Source: Phycisphaerae bacterium (GTDB lineage: Bacteria > Planctomycetota > Phycisphaerae > WQYP01). From it: a stretch of DNA of 47,118 nt. The stretch spans positions 1-47,118 of the forward strand of contig DATJSN010000040.1 of assembly GCA_035504095.1 (NCBI GenBank). Reading direction: 5' to 3'. The number at the start of each line of letters is the position of its first letter. Within the stretch, counting starts at the first letter, position 1. Below the pieces are notes generated by a model. The model saw only the letters and a list, made by a program, of their open reading frames with translations. It ran no database searches and was not told the DNA's origin. The position numbers were made by a program, and so were the translations under genes. Positions 9,813-18,523 of this stretch are shown one piece after another.

Positions 9813-12800
9813 CTATTCCTTTTCATGCGGCCAGTCAGATAGTTGTGGCAGGGACCTGGAGAAAATCATCTCAAGGTGCGTCATATGGTCCTTATGAAAT
9901 TGATCTTGTATATGAATAGTAATCGTCCATGTCATTCCATCTTTGGTTGTCCCGTTATTCAGGACCAGCAACTTTAAAGCCGCCCAGGGACCCCGGAAAT
10001 CCATGGTCACCGGAATGGCTCCGGCCACCGTCGGGTCTGTTTCAAAAAAATTCAGCTTGAGCGACGCCTGGGGTTGGTCCGGTATCGTGAGTTGACCCAG
10101 ACTGTCATCAGAGAGGTTGTCAAAATTTGCTATTCCCATGAGTTTGGCTTTCTCTTGCTCCGCACCCATGTCTGTAACGGTCATATAGGGCCAGATCGCT
10201 GATACCGTGTTGTTTGGATCTTGTTTGATATCCTTTGTAATAAACAGCTGACAGGTTAGCGCAGGCTCTGCTCCATTGCCAATGATAGCATCCAGTATCT
10301 TATAAATAGCGGCCACATTCGCGCCTGTTAAGTCAAATTTCTGGTAAGAGATATTCCCCTGCAGAACACTCCACCAATGGTTGAAATCGTCGTTATTGGT
10401 ATCCGCTACTTCTAAAGAAGACGTCGATGAGTCGAGCAGGTTATGAAAGTCCGGCGATAGCGTATTCAAATCGTAGAGCGACCATTCATTCTGCGGCGAA
10501 TCGGCGGAAGCGGGGATATATAAAGGAAAAGCCGGATTTTCCCATATCTTCGTCAGAACAACATCAGCCCGCTGTTGGCTTTCTTTGGCCAGGGTTCTTA
10601 AACCGCTCAGTGTTAACTGGCAGATATAGTTCGAGGCAAAATTCGGCGTTGTTGATGATGGTACGAAGATATAGTCGTTATATACTTTATCCGGCAATTC
10701 AGTTAACAGCGTTTGTCTGGCAACGGCGTAATCGTTCGCCAGTTGCGTCCATTGATTCAGCTTGTTCTGCACGTCATTTGCAAAGGACGTCTCGTTGAGG
10801 AGATTAAGACCCATTTTTATGTTGTTTTTAGCGTCGCTGATCCTGTTACTTAGTGAGTCTGGAATCGCGACCGCTTCCAGTGAACCGTTTACTTGCGCGC
10901 CCAGACTTTCCAGAGCGGCCAAAAGATGGCCTTCCTGTGGTAACTGGCTCAGATAGTTCGTCCATTTTCCGTCAGGTACATCGATCTTCAAACCGTCATC
11001 TAAAGTTGACAGCCAATAGACAAAGTAGGCTTGCCGGTAAGCGTCAAAGGCCGAGTTGGCTTGTTGATACTTAACGGAAAGATTGCTGGCATCAGCAATT
11101 GAATTGTAATTGTTTATTCCGCTGACGGCGTCAGAAAGCAGTTTTCCACACTGATACCATCCATCAAGCAGTTTCGCCGCTGGCAAGGGATCAAACGCGG
11201 GATTGAATGTTCCACCGGCATCGGAGGTGAATGGTATTGAAGGCTTGACTGGCGTTGTTGATCCGTTGACAGACGCCTGTTGTACTAATGATTCAATGGA
11301 TGCCGCATCGGCTGGAGCCTGACGAATGGCCAGGCCGATGGCCTGTCCGTATCGATATGACTCAATCAATGTCAGCGCTTTGAGTGCCGCTTGAATTGCT
11401 TCACTATTGTATGAAGCGTTAGCTTCCGAACCGGCGGCTTCAATCGTGTTCTTGGTCTGCTCAATCAGCGTTTCGGTTTGGGGCAGTTGGTCGGTGCTGA
11501 ATTCCTCCAGCCATCCTTTGATTTGCATAAGCGATGTCGGATCGGCGGGAGTATTGACCAAATTCGCAAGCGACTGATACATCGCCTGCCGCTGCCATAT
11601 CTCCAGGTCGGTCCCCGCCGGGGAAAGAAATTTTTGATCCAAATCAGCAAATTGCGGGTCGGCTTCTGTAGCGCTATTGGTTATTGCTGTTTGCAGGCTA
11701 TTCCACGATTGCTGGAGTGTTCCCGCCTGTGGCATCGAATTATCCATTGATTTAAACCAACCTGCGGCCTGTTCCAGGCGGTCCCACACCTGCAGTCGAT
11801 TTTGATTTAAAGCCGAGGCATAGTTCAGGTAAGAAATGGTAAGAGTGCCGAATTTTCCCAGCGCCGGCAAATTAGCACGAACTTGTGCGGCTGAAGTGGC
11901 CAATTCTTGCAGCAGCACCACAAGTTTGTTGTAAGACGCAGAGTCGGCGCCGTCGGTTGGAGTATATGCCGCGGCGACATTCATCATCTGACCCTCTGTC
12001 GCCTCATAATTTTCCAAAGCTGTCTCAAGATTCATGAGATGCTGTATATTCTTGTTTCCCGCCTTAACTATATTGTTTTCCCCATTAATGACGCTCTGAA
12101 TACCATTGGCAATGGAGTCCGCCGGATCCGCGGATTGGATTATGCTTTGCAGAGCCGACGACCACTGTTGATCCGGTGTATAAAGCGACCGAATGATTTT
12201 CTGGTTCAGAACGCTTTGATACTGCTTGTAGCTTTGGTAATCAGTCGGAGATAAAACGTAAGCGACCAGATAATCGATATTTGCCCGACTGTTCTCAGAC
12301 GCGTATGAGGTATCTTGAGGGTAATAAGCCAGATGCGCCAAATCAATTAATTCGCACAGGGCATCGGTACGCACCTTAAGATCCATTGGCGTCGCGGATT
12401 GTTGATCCAATGGTTCAGCGGAAAGCTTTGATTCACACGCCTGAATGATGGGCAACAGGGCTTCATCATTATAAATTTTCATGAATGCCTGGTGTTGTTG
12501 TTGATTGATCTTGTCGCCAAAGGCCAGAGAAATGGGCCGAAATATCCAGGGGATTTGAATATCTTTGCGGACAAGCTCGAATCCATCATTGTAAAAATCG
12601 GCCAGACGGCTTTCATTTGCTTCAATGGTATGCTTGCCGTTGTACCCGTAATTGGAGCCGTTATCGGAATCGTGAACGATCATTGCCATGTAATCGGGAT
12701 TATTCGACGTGTAAATCTGCGCGGCGACCTGCCAATATTGACGCGGATATCCCACGCTGTTTGTCAATTCGAAAAAAGCGTAAAAAGTGGATGCGAGTAG

Positions 12801-14192
12801 AATACCAACGGCCGCAAAGCCACTTACGAGCACCGCAATCTTGCGACGGCTCTGAAGTTTCTTGGCGTTGTTGGCACGCGTGACCAATCCATGTTCTTTG
12901 AATATTTTCTGAACGAACAGGTCACGCAGAAAATAGGCACGATCGCGCCGCCACACGCCACTCGACGGGAGCGCGTCAATGGACACCCCCAACGCCTGGG
13001 CCAGATCAGCATCTAACGCTTTACCCTCCGACAAAGAAGACGTGAAATATATGCCTCTTAGAAACAACGGTTTGGCCGACCATTCCCCAACGGCAAAAAT
13101 AATCTCCAAGTACTGTTTCAGCCGAGATGTAATTTGTAAGAGCGCCTCTGGAAATGCGTATAGCGTATCCATCTGATCCATCCGGCGCATATTGGGATCT
13201 TCTGTTTGGGCAGGATGGGCTAAGAGCAATCCTCTGCGTTCGGCCAGTTGGTCGCGTACTTGTTTAAGATAACTATCCAGTTTTTCGACATTGAATGGAA
13301 CATCAAGCGGCTCGGGATTGGACCATCCCATGATCTGATGTTGCAGGCGCGGATCCGTCAGATCATCAAAAAATTGACTAAAGCCCGGCAGATAGTCGGA
13401 TTTGGTTATTAAAACAAATACCGGAAAGCGCACACCCAGCGTGCGTTGAATATTAACAAGTTGCTGAGAAATTTTACCCGCGTTTTTAGCAATTACTTCG
13501 GCGGAATCCGTCAACAGACTCTCGGCGGGTATCACCAGTAACATGCCGTTAATCGGACAATTAGGCCTGTACGAACGAAGCAATTTAAGAAATTCCTGCC
13601 ATTCGCTGCTGGTGCCGGGCGCAACCTCCTCAAACATCAGCCGACCGGCGGTGTCGAGAATGACAGCATGGTTCGTAAACCACCAATTCATGTTGACTGT
13701 ACCGCCGGCGCCCTGGAGTTGATCGTGTAAACCAGGCGGAAATCCTACAGCGGAATGACGGATCGCTTCGGTCTTGCCCGACCCCGGCTGACCGACCAGA
13801 ACAAACCACGGTAAGCTATAAAGGTCTTTACCTGCCGCGCGAAATTTTTCTATGCCAGCAGCAAAAACGCGGCGTAACGAATCCAGATCCGCTAATTTTT
13901 TCGCTTCGCTGACCTGCTGTGGCGTCGACCCGGCGTTGGCCGCCAGGACTTTTTCCATCGGTTTGGATTTGCTTTTATTCCACCATCCCAGGATCACCTG
14001 AAAAAGCGCATACGCGACAATCGCGACAACCAGCAAGATCACCAGCAACAGCAATAATTGACCATGTCCCTCAACGGCCAGTGCGATTGCGCCCACCAGG
14101 CCCGCGCATACAACCGCGATTGCAGCTATCTTCTGAATGATGGACAGGTTTCCAACAAACGACAGGAAATCCATAGTCTTATTCACCTGCAA
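9813..14192 (-). CDS. tssM: Type VI secretion system membrane subunit TssM (IcmF family), 1459 aa.
   Basis: Two N-terminal TM helices, then a cytoplasmic P-loop NTPase domain (Walker A, VLVGQPGSGKTEAI). A third TM helix follows at about residues 440-465 (KIAVLVSGFAAVGILLASTFYAFFEL), then a very long periplasmic region. This is the canonical TssM/IcmF topology. Confidence 0.75.
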   Translation of the reverse strand: MQVNKTMDFLSFVGNLSIIQKIAAIAVVCAGLVGAIALAVEGHGQLLLLLVILLVVAIVAYALFQVILGWWNKSKSKPMEKVLAANAGSTPQQVSEAKKLADLDSLRRVFAAGIEKFRAAGKDLYSLPWFVLVGQPGSGKTEAIRHSAVGFPPGLHDQLQGAGGTVNMNWWFTNHAVILDTAGRLMFEEVAPGTSSEWQEFLKLLRSYRPNCPINGMLLVIPAESLLTDSAEVIAKNAGKISQQLVNIQRTLGVRFPVFVLITKSDYLPGFSQFFDDLTDPRLQHQIMGWSNPEPLDVPFNVEKLDSYLKQVRDQLAERRGLLLAHPAQTEDPNMRRMDQMDTLYAFPEALLQITSRLKQYLEIIFAVGEWSAKPLFLRGIYFTSSLSEGKALDADLAQALGVSIDALPSSGVWRRDRAYFLRDLFVQKIFKEHGLVTRANNAKKLQSRRKIAVLVSGFAAVGILLASTFYAFFELTNSVGYPRQYWQVAAQIYTSNNPDYMAMIVHDSDNGSNYGYNGKHTIEANESRLADFYNDGFELVRKDIQIPWIFRPISLAFGDKINQQQHQAFMKIYNDEALLPIIQACESKLSAEPLDQQSATPMDLKVRTDALCELIDLAHLAYYPQDTSYASENSRANIDYLVAYVLSPTDYQSYKQYQSVLNQKIIRSLYTPDQQWSSALQSIIQSADPADSIANGIQSVINGENNIVKAGNKNIQHLMNLETALENYEATEGQMMNVAAAYTPTDGADSASYNKLVVLLQELATSAAQVRANLPALGKFGTLTISYLNYASALNQNRLQVWDRLEQAAGWFKSMDNSMPQAGTLQQSWNSLQTAITNSATEADPQFADLDQKFLSPAGTDLEIWQRQAMYQSLANLVNTPADPTSLMQIKGWLEEFSTDQLPQTETLIEQTKNTIEAAGSEANASYNSEAIQAALKALTLIESYRYGQAIGLAIRQAPADAASIESLVQQASVNGSTTPVKPSIPFTSDAGGTFNPAFDPLPAAKLLDGWYQCGKLLSDAVSGINNYNSIADASNLSVKYQQANSAFDAYRQAYFVYWLSTLDDGLKIDVPDGKWTNYLSQLPQEGHLLAALESLGAQVNGSLEAVAIPDSLSNRISDAKNNIKMGLNLLNETSFANDVQNKLNQWTQLANDYAVARQTLLTELPDKVYNDYIFVPSSTTPNFASNYICQLTLSGLRTLAKESQQRADVVLTKIWENPAFPLYIPASADSPQNEWSLYDLNTLSPDFHNLLDSSTSSLEVADTNNDDFNHWWSVLQGNISYQKFDLTGANVAAIYKILDAIIGNGAEPALTCQLFITKDIKQDPNNTVSAIWPYMTVTDMGAEQEKAKLMGIANFDNLSDDSLGQLTIPDQPQASLKLNFFETDPTVAGAIPVTMDFRGPWAALKLLVLNNGTTKDGMTWTITIHIQDQFHKDHMTHLEMIFSRSLPQLSDWPHEKE

Positions 14193-14230
14193 AAACCGCT
14201 TTACTCATTTTGGCGGTTCGACAAAAAACT

Positions 14231-14962
14231 TTATTTTTGCAAAATTTTATCCAAAGCATTATTTAACTGGCCGATACTTTGGTGGAAAAGATAAAAATTC
14301 GCGATCAACAGTGTCACAAAGCACACCAACAACACCACGGCAATGCCGAAAAGTTTTACCCCGGGCGGTTCGATAAGATTAGCGGTGTTAACGTGCTCAT
14401 AATTTTCAGGACAAATTTTTCGCATATCCGTGTCCTTCGCACCGGCATAAAGCCGCGCACGAACCTCTTTGATCTTTTTCTTCAAATACTCGGGTTGGTC
14501 TCTGTAGGAACCGGTAAAGCCTAAACCCAAACAGGCAGAGAATATTTTTAATCGCCATATAGCCGCCGGCGATTTGTCCTTCAGTGTTTCGTCCAACAAG
14601 ACGAAAAATTTCTCATTGCCGTTCGGTTCGTTGTAATCGGATGCGATTTCTTTAAACTTTTTGGAAATCGTATAGCCGCCTTCTTTTATGGTAAAGTCGG
14701 CGAAAAAGATCAGGGGCTGTTCAATTTTTTCAAATTCTACGGCTAATTCATCAGAGGCAGTTGCCCCGTTTTTCATCTTTGCTAACAGTTCATTGATGTC
14801 AGCCCGCACTTGATCGGCGTCTATTTGTGCGCCATTACGTGCTGAGCGGTTCAGGCGGCAAAAATATTGAAAGAATGGTTCTGTAAGGTCCAGAAGCGTC
14901 AGTCGCGCTTCGCTGGCGTGCAGAAAATGAAAAAATGGATCGTTCAGATCTACAAGCGTCAT
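14231..14962 (-). CDS. tssL: TssL / DotU-family protein (T6SS membrane-complex subunit); cytoplasmic domain plus a single C-terminal TM anchor.
   Basis: 243 aa, a size typical for DotU. There is a single C-terminal TM helix (LFGIAVVLLVCFVTLLIANFYLF). It lies immediately upstream of tssM on the same strand. My sequence-level recognition here is moderate and rests on architecture and position. Confidence 0.55.
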   Translation of the reverse strand: MTLVDLNDPFFHFLHASEARLTLLDLTEPFFQYFCRLNRSARNGAQIDADQVRADINELLAKMKNGATASDELAVEFEKIEQPLIFFADFTIKEGGYTISKKFKEIASDYNEPNGNEKFFVLLDETLKDKSPAAIWRLKIFSACLGLGFTGSYRDQPEYLKKKIKEVRARLYAGAKDTDMRKICPENYEHVNTANLIEPPGVKLFGIAVVLLVCFVTLLIANFYLFHQSIGQLNNALDKILQK

Positions 14963-15025
14963 AAACTATCCTGTTCCGTTAATGAGTGCGTGACGTTGGT
15001 CCATCGACGCGCAGTCAGGCATTGT

Positions 15026-15991
15026 TTAGATTACCCTATCCACGAATTCACGAACAATCTCCCTGATCTCATGATCCACGTCCGCTTCATCAAGATTTTC
15101 TGCAGCCAGTTCACAGTATTTTTCCCAACACAAAATTTTTATAGATGCCAGAAACTTTTTGTGTTCGGTTCGAACAGCGGCTTCAATTTCTGCCGGTGCG
15201 AATTTCTTTCCGTAACGAGATGAAAATTGGCGCCCCGTTTCCCCCACGGAAGATAGCAACGCCGCATTAAGTTTTCGAAGCTTTTCCAATTCGTTTGACA
15301 CCTGCTCGCGGGATACTTCCGGATCGTTGGCCATGAAACGGCTTATAAGACGTTGCAGCGGCGCTCCACGATGCATTTTCGATCCCGGTGCGATGATCTT
15401 CCACATGTTCCACGCAATTTGATCGATGCTCAACGTTAAGTCGGAAAGTATGAGGGCCAGTTCCAGCACATGGCCCGCATGGGGATGTAAACCATCTTCC
15501 AATTGGAGACGGTTTCGAAATTTAGACAGTGGTTCGCCAGGCCAGTCCGGACCGGATCGTGGAATAAGGCCGGCATCAGCCAATCGTTCAATTAGAGTTT
15601 CTTTTAGCGCCTGCGGCAATTTGGGGGCCAGCTTGCAAAGTTGTTGCACCAGAAAGAATGGGTCCTGCTGATCCATCGCGCCGGCATTGGAATTCGCCTC
15701 TGTTTGGCTTTGCACGGATGCGTTAACCTGTTGTCGGGTGATATCATTGCCATCCCAACGCGGAAATTGTTCAGCAAGGGCGGAGCAAAATTCCGGTCTT
15801 TGGGTTGGAGCAATTACCGCCATCGACCGCTTGATTTCATTGGAAATAAATTCCTGTCGAGCCTGAAGCGGTTCCTGCATCATGTCCGCTTGAAGGGCTC
15901 GGATTCGGTTGGCAAGCCGCGCTGCCTCAGGCAAAATGTCTGAATCCATCTCTGTCATATGATCTCGTTGACGTAATACTGGATCGCGCAA
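15026..15991 (-). CDS. Hypothetical all-alpha soluble protein (321 aa), first gene of the tssL-tssM-tagF operon, occupying the position tssK usually holds. No recognisable family.
   Basis: Long ORF with a 63-bp gap to tssL on the same strand. No signal peptide and no TM helix. Rich in helix-forming residues. Confidence 0.55.
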   Translation of the reverse strand: MRDPVLRQRDHMTEMDSDILPEAARLANRIRALQADMMQEPLQARQEFISNEIKRSMAVIAPTQRPEFCSALAEQFPRWDGNDITRQQVNASVQSQTEANSNAGAMDQQDPFFLVQQLCKLAPKLPQALKETLIERLADAGLIPRSGPDWPGEPLSKFRNRLQLEDGLHPHAGHVLELALILSDLTLSIDQIAWNMWKIIAPGSKMHRGAPLQRLISRFMANDPEVSREQVSNELEKLRKLNAALLSSVGETGRQFSSRYGKKFAPAEIEAAVRTEHKKFLASIKILCWEKYCELAAENLDEADVDHEIREIVREFVDRVI

Positions 15992-16216
15992 TCTTGCATG
16001 GAACGATCAGCCCACTTCTGATCCCAAAGCCTATCCAGATGTTCTAAACTAATATAAAACCACCGCTTATGTAACGCAAGCAAAACATGGCAATTCGAGC
16101 AAAAACCAGAACATGTAGTTGTGAAAATAGCTTACGAATCGCATGATTGCAACAATATTTTTTTAGTGCAGAAGACGCGGAATTTGGTCGTCTTCTCGAT
16201 GTCTTAGCATTTAAAC

Positions 16217-16246
16217 TTGACAGGCCGCTAAACGGAGTTCTATAAC
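16217..16246 (+). promoter_or_regulatory. Candidate sigma70-like promoter for the CHAT-like gene (TTGACA, 18 bp spacer, TATAAC).
   Basis: ttgaca at 16217-16222 and tataac at 16241-16246, about 45 bp upstream of the ATG at 16291. Confidence 0.3.
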
Positions 16247-16290
16247 ACATTACGAGTTGGAAATTAGGTCTTTTTTTTCGAGATGTCATC

Positions 16291-16902
16291 ATGGTCGATA
16301 AAACCCGCGTTTTGTTTATAGCAGCAGATCCAGTGGACGTTGATTCATCGAAATTGAACGAAGAAATTCAGGAAGTAGAGCAACATATTCGAACGCCTGG
16401 TTTTCTCGAAGCTTTTGATTTAACTTCTAAATGGGCTCTTCGCTCTCAGGACCTGATCCAGGCCTTCCAGGATGTTCGTCCGGATATTGTTCACATCAGC
16501 GGCCATCGCTGCCGGATGTCTGAGTTTGTACTTGAGGACGCTCGTGGTATAGCCAAACCGGTTTCAGAATCCGCCCTGACCGAGCTATTCAGTCATGCGA
16601 AAGATAATGCCCGGCTGGTATTGCTTAATATGTGTCATTCGGGGCACCTGGCAAAGGCCATCAGCAACGTAATTGACTGTGCGATTGGAATAAACCAGCG
16701 TATTGACGACAAAGAAGCGGTTGTCTTCTCATCTCAATTTTATGGAGCACTGGCCTTGGGTCAGTCCGTCAGGAATTCATTTGAGCAGGGGCGAACCGCA
16801 CTCATGGTGGATGGAATTCCCGAAGAAAAGACCCCAATGCTTTTCATTCGTCCGGGCGCTGATGCCCTTCAGATTTCTTTTAGCAACCATAAGTCGAATT
16901 AG
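16291..16902 (+). CDS. Minimal CHAT-like / caspase-fold cysteine protease domain protein (203 aa).
   Basis: His and Cys motifs in caspase-hemoglobinase-fold order and spacing: ...DIVHISGHR... (His, about residue 70) and ...LVLLNMCHSGH... (Cys, about residue 115). These resemble the HxxGHG ... C(x)SG motifs of CHAT/C14 peptidases. There are no additional domains. Confidence 0.55.
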   Translation: MVDKTRVLFIAADPVDVDSSKLNEEIQEVEQHIRTPGFLEAFDLTSKWALRSQDLIQAFQDVRPDIVHISGHRCRMSEFVLEDARGIAKPVSESALTELFSHAKDNARLVLLNMCHSGHLAKAISNVIDCAIGINQRIDDKEAVVFSSQFYGALALGQSVRNSFEQGRTALMVDGIPEEKTPMLFIRPGADALQISFSNHKSN

Positions 16903-16975
16903 GCTCTGCTACGCTGATTTTTTGGCTACAAAATATTTATACGTAGCTTTTTAAAAATAAAATACGCGAAAAGAT
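16903..16975. terminator. Possible bidirectional terminator between convergent genes.
   Basis: Inverted repeat gctac...gtagc (gctacg...cgtagc) flanked by T- and A-runs (gtagctttttaaaaataaaa). The loop is long, so this is weak. Confidence 0.25.
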
Positions 16976-18144
16976 CAGATGATTTTGTGCGTCGCCAGGT
17001 CAATAGTGATTTGTTCGCGCAATTCACGATGGATTCCCACCAGGGCATTGAACTGGATAATCAGCAGCTTGGCCGTCGCCGTAACGGTCAAATATCCGTA
17101 ATCCTTAAATGCGCTGCGATAGAAAACTGTGCCGGTGCTGTCATGAACGATGGTGGGAGCGGGTACGGTCTGAAGCCCTATCCCGCCGGTGCCGACAATT
17201 AAATATGGAATGGTGCATTCTTTGCCATTCAAAATTTGCGTACGCACATAATGCTGATAATTATGCGTATGGGCGGAAATGACCGCATCAGGCAAAATAT
17301 TCGCGTCAGTGCAGCAACTATCGATATCCGCAAGCATTTCCGGACTACCCGGATACCCGGGGCCTGAGGAGTGAAATCCGCGCGCAAAAGGCGGATGATG
17401 TACGGCGATGATCAGCGCGTTACGCGGTCCATTGGCGCGGGCGGCGGCAATGGCGGCCAGGCGTGAATGCAGCCAAATTTTCTGCTTATGCCCAATATAG
17501 TGGTTGCTGATAATGCCTACGTTCTCTTCAGAGTTCGAGTAAAGTCCAAGGATATCCACAAATGGGGCCTTCAGATGCCAGTGCGGGCCGGGTTGATTCG
17601 GCATGAGTACGCCGAACTCGGTGGCCAACGGCGGCTGACTTTCCGGCGGCGTGCAGAAGTTTGCCTCAAAAGCGTTTAGCGTCGTCGGGTCGGTCGGTAG
17701 AAGTTCCTCTCCATCGTGGTTTCCGGGAATGGCAAAAATCAAACGGTCGTAGTGATCGTATATCCGGTAGAATTTGTCGGCATACCCCGCTTCTTTGTTT
17801 GATCCGTAAATGATATCTCCCAGAAGAATCAAACAACTCGGTCCCAATTCGTGATTGGTATTATTGATGTCCCGCGCCATGGCTTCGGCAACGTTTTTCT
17901 GCTCATTCGAGCCTACGCCGGTGTCACCGGTCATGTGGAAAATGAATTTGCCGCTGGAGACGATTTTATTGACGGCCTCGGGGCCAAAGTAATAGGTCAA
18001 ATCCATGATGCAATCGGTGCTCGGATGCGGGAAGGGTAGCCCAAGACCCTGGTAATCATTGCTGCTTCGGCGGGACGCCAGGTGCGTGCTCACGGATGGA
18101 AACTTTAAATGCGCGTTTGCAGGCGTTGGAGTGGTTTCGGGCAT
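16975..18144 (-). CDS. Calcineurin-like metallophosphoesterase.
   Basis: Classic motifs: GDTGVG, GDIIYG (GDxxY), GNHD, VHHPP, and SAHTHNYQHY (GH(T)H). Confidence 0.75.
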   Translation of the reverse strand: MPETTPTPANAHLKFPSVSTHLASRRSSNDYQGLGLPFPHPSTDCIMDLTYYFGPEAVNKIVSSGKFIFHMTGDTGVGSNEQKNVAEAMARDINNTNHELGPSCLILLGDIIYGSNKEAGYADKFYRIYDHYDRLIFAIPGNHDGEELLPTDPTTLNAFEANFCTPPESQPPLATEFGVLMPNQPGPHWHLKAPFVDILGLYSNSEENVGIISNHYIGHKQKIWLHSRLAAIAAARANGPRNALIIAVHHPPFARGFHSSGPGYPGSPEMLADIDSCCTDANILPDAVISAHTHNYQHYVRTQILNGKECTIPYLIVGTGGIGLQTVPAPTIVHDSTGTVFYRSAFKDYGYLTVTATAKLLIIQFNALVGIHRELREQITIDLATHKII

Positions 18145-18523
18145 AAGAACACCATTTTGAATTTACAATCAATGCGAACGGACTATCTCGTATTTCGGGC
18201 GAGCCGAAGCCGGGGGTAAGTGTAACACATGAAGGGGATAGGGAATAGTGGTTACACGCGCAATGGTGAAGTGGTGATTAAGCAACTACAGCCGGGCAAT
18301 CTTTACTATGCGTAAGTTTCCTCCTACAGGCCATATTCCGCTGTGTTTTCACTTGGGACGTTTAGTCATCTATACAAAATCGACCCCTGTTCTCAAAAAT
18401 GACCGCCCCGGTTATTATGTCCCCCGGATTTTCGTTGTAACTATTTTTTAATTCGAGCGGTTCATCGGCGCTGGGCCATTTTGGCATGCGATAAAACGCT
18501 AAATTCCCGCAAAGGAGATTCAG

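Noticed and set aside
10427-13176. Several 60-123-aa plus-strand ORFs inside tssM.
   Set aside because: Antisense to a 1459-aa ORF with Walker A and TM topology; short and Arg/Ser-rich.
16044-16292. 82-aa minus-strand ORF in the divergent intergenic region.
   Set aside because: It covers the promoter and hairpin region between two divergently transcribed genes. Basic and low complexity, with no Shine-Dalgarno.
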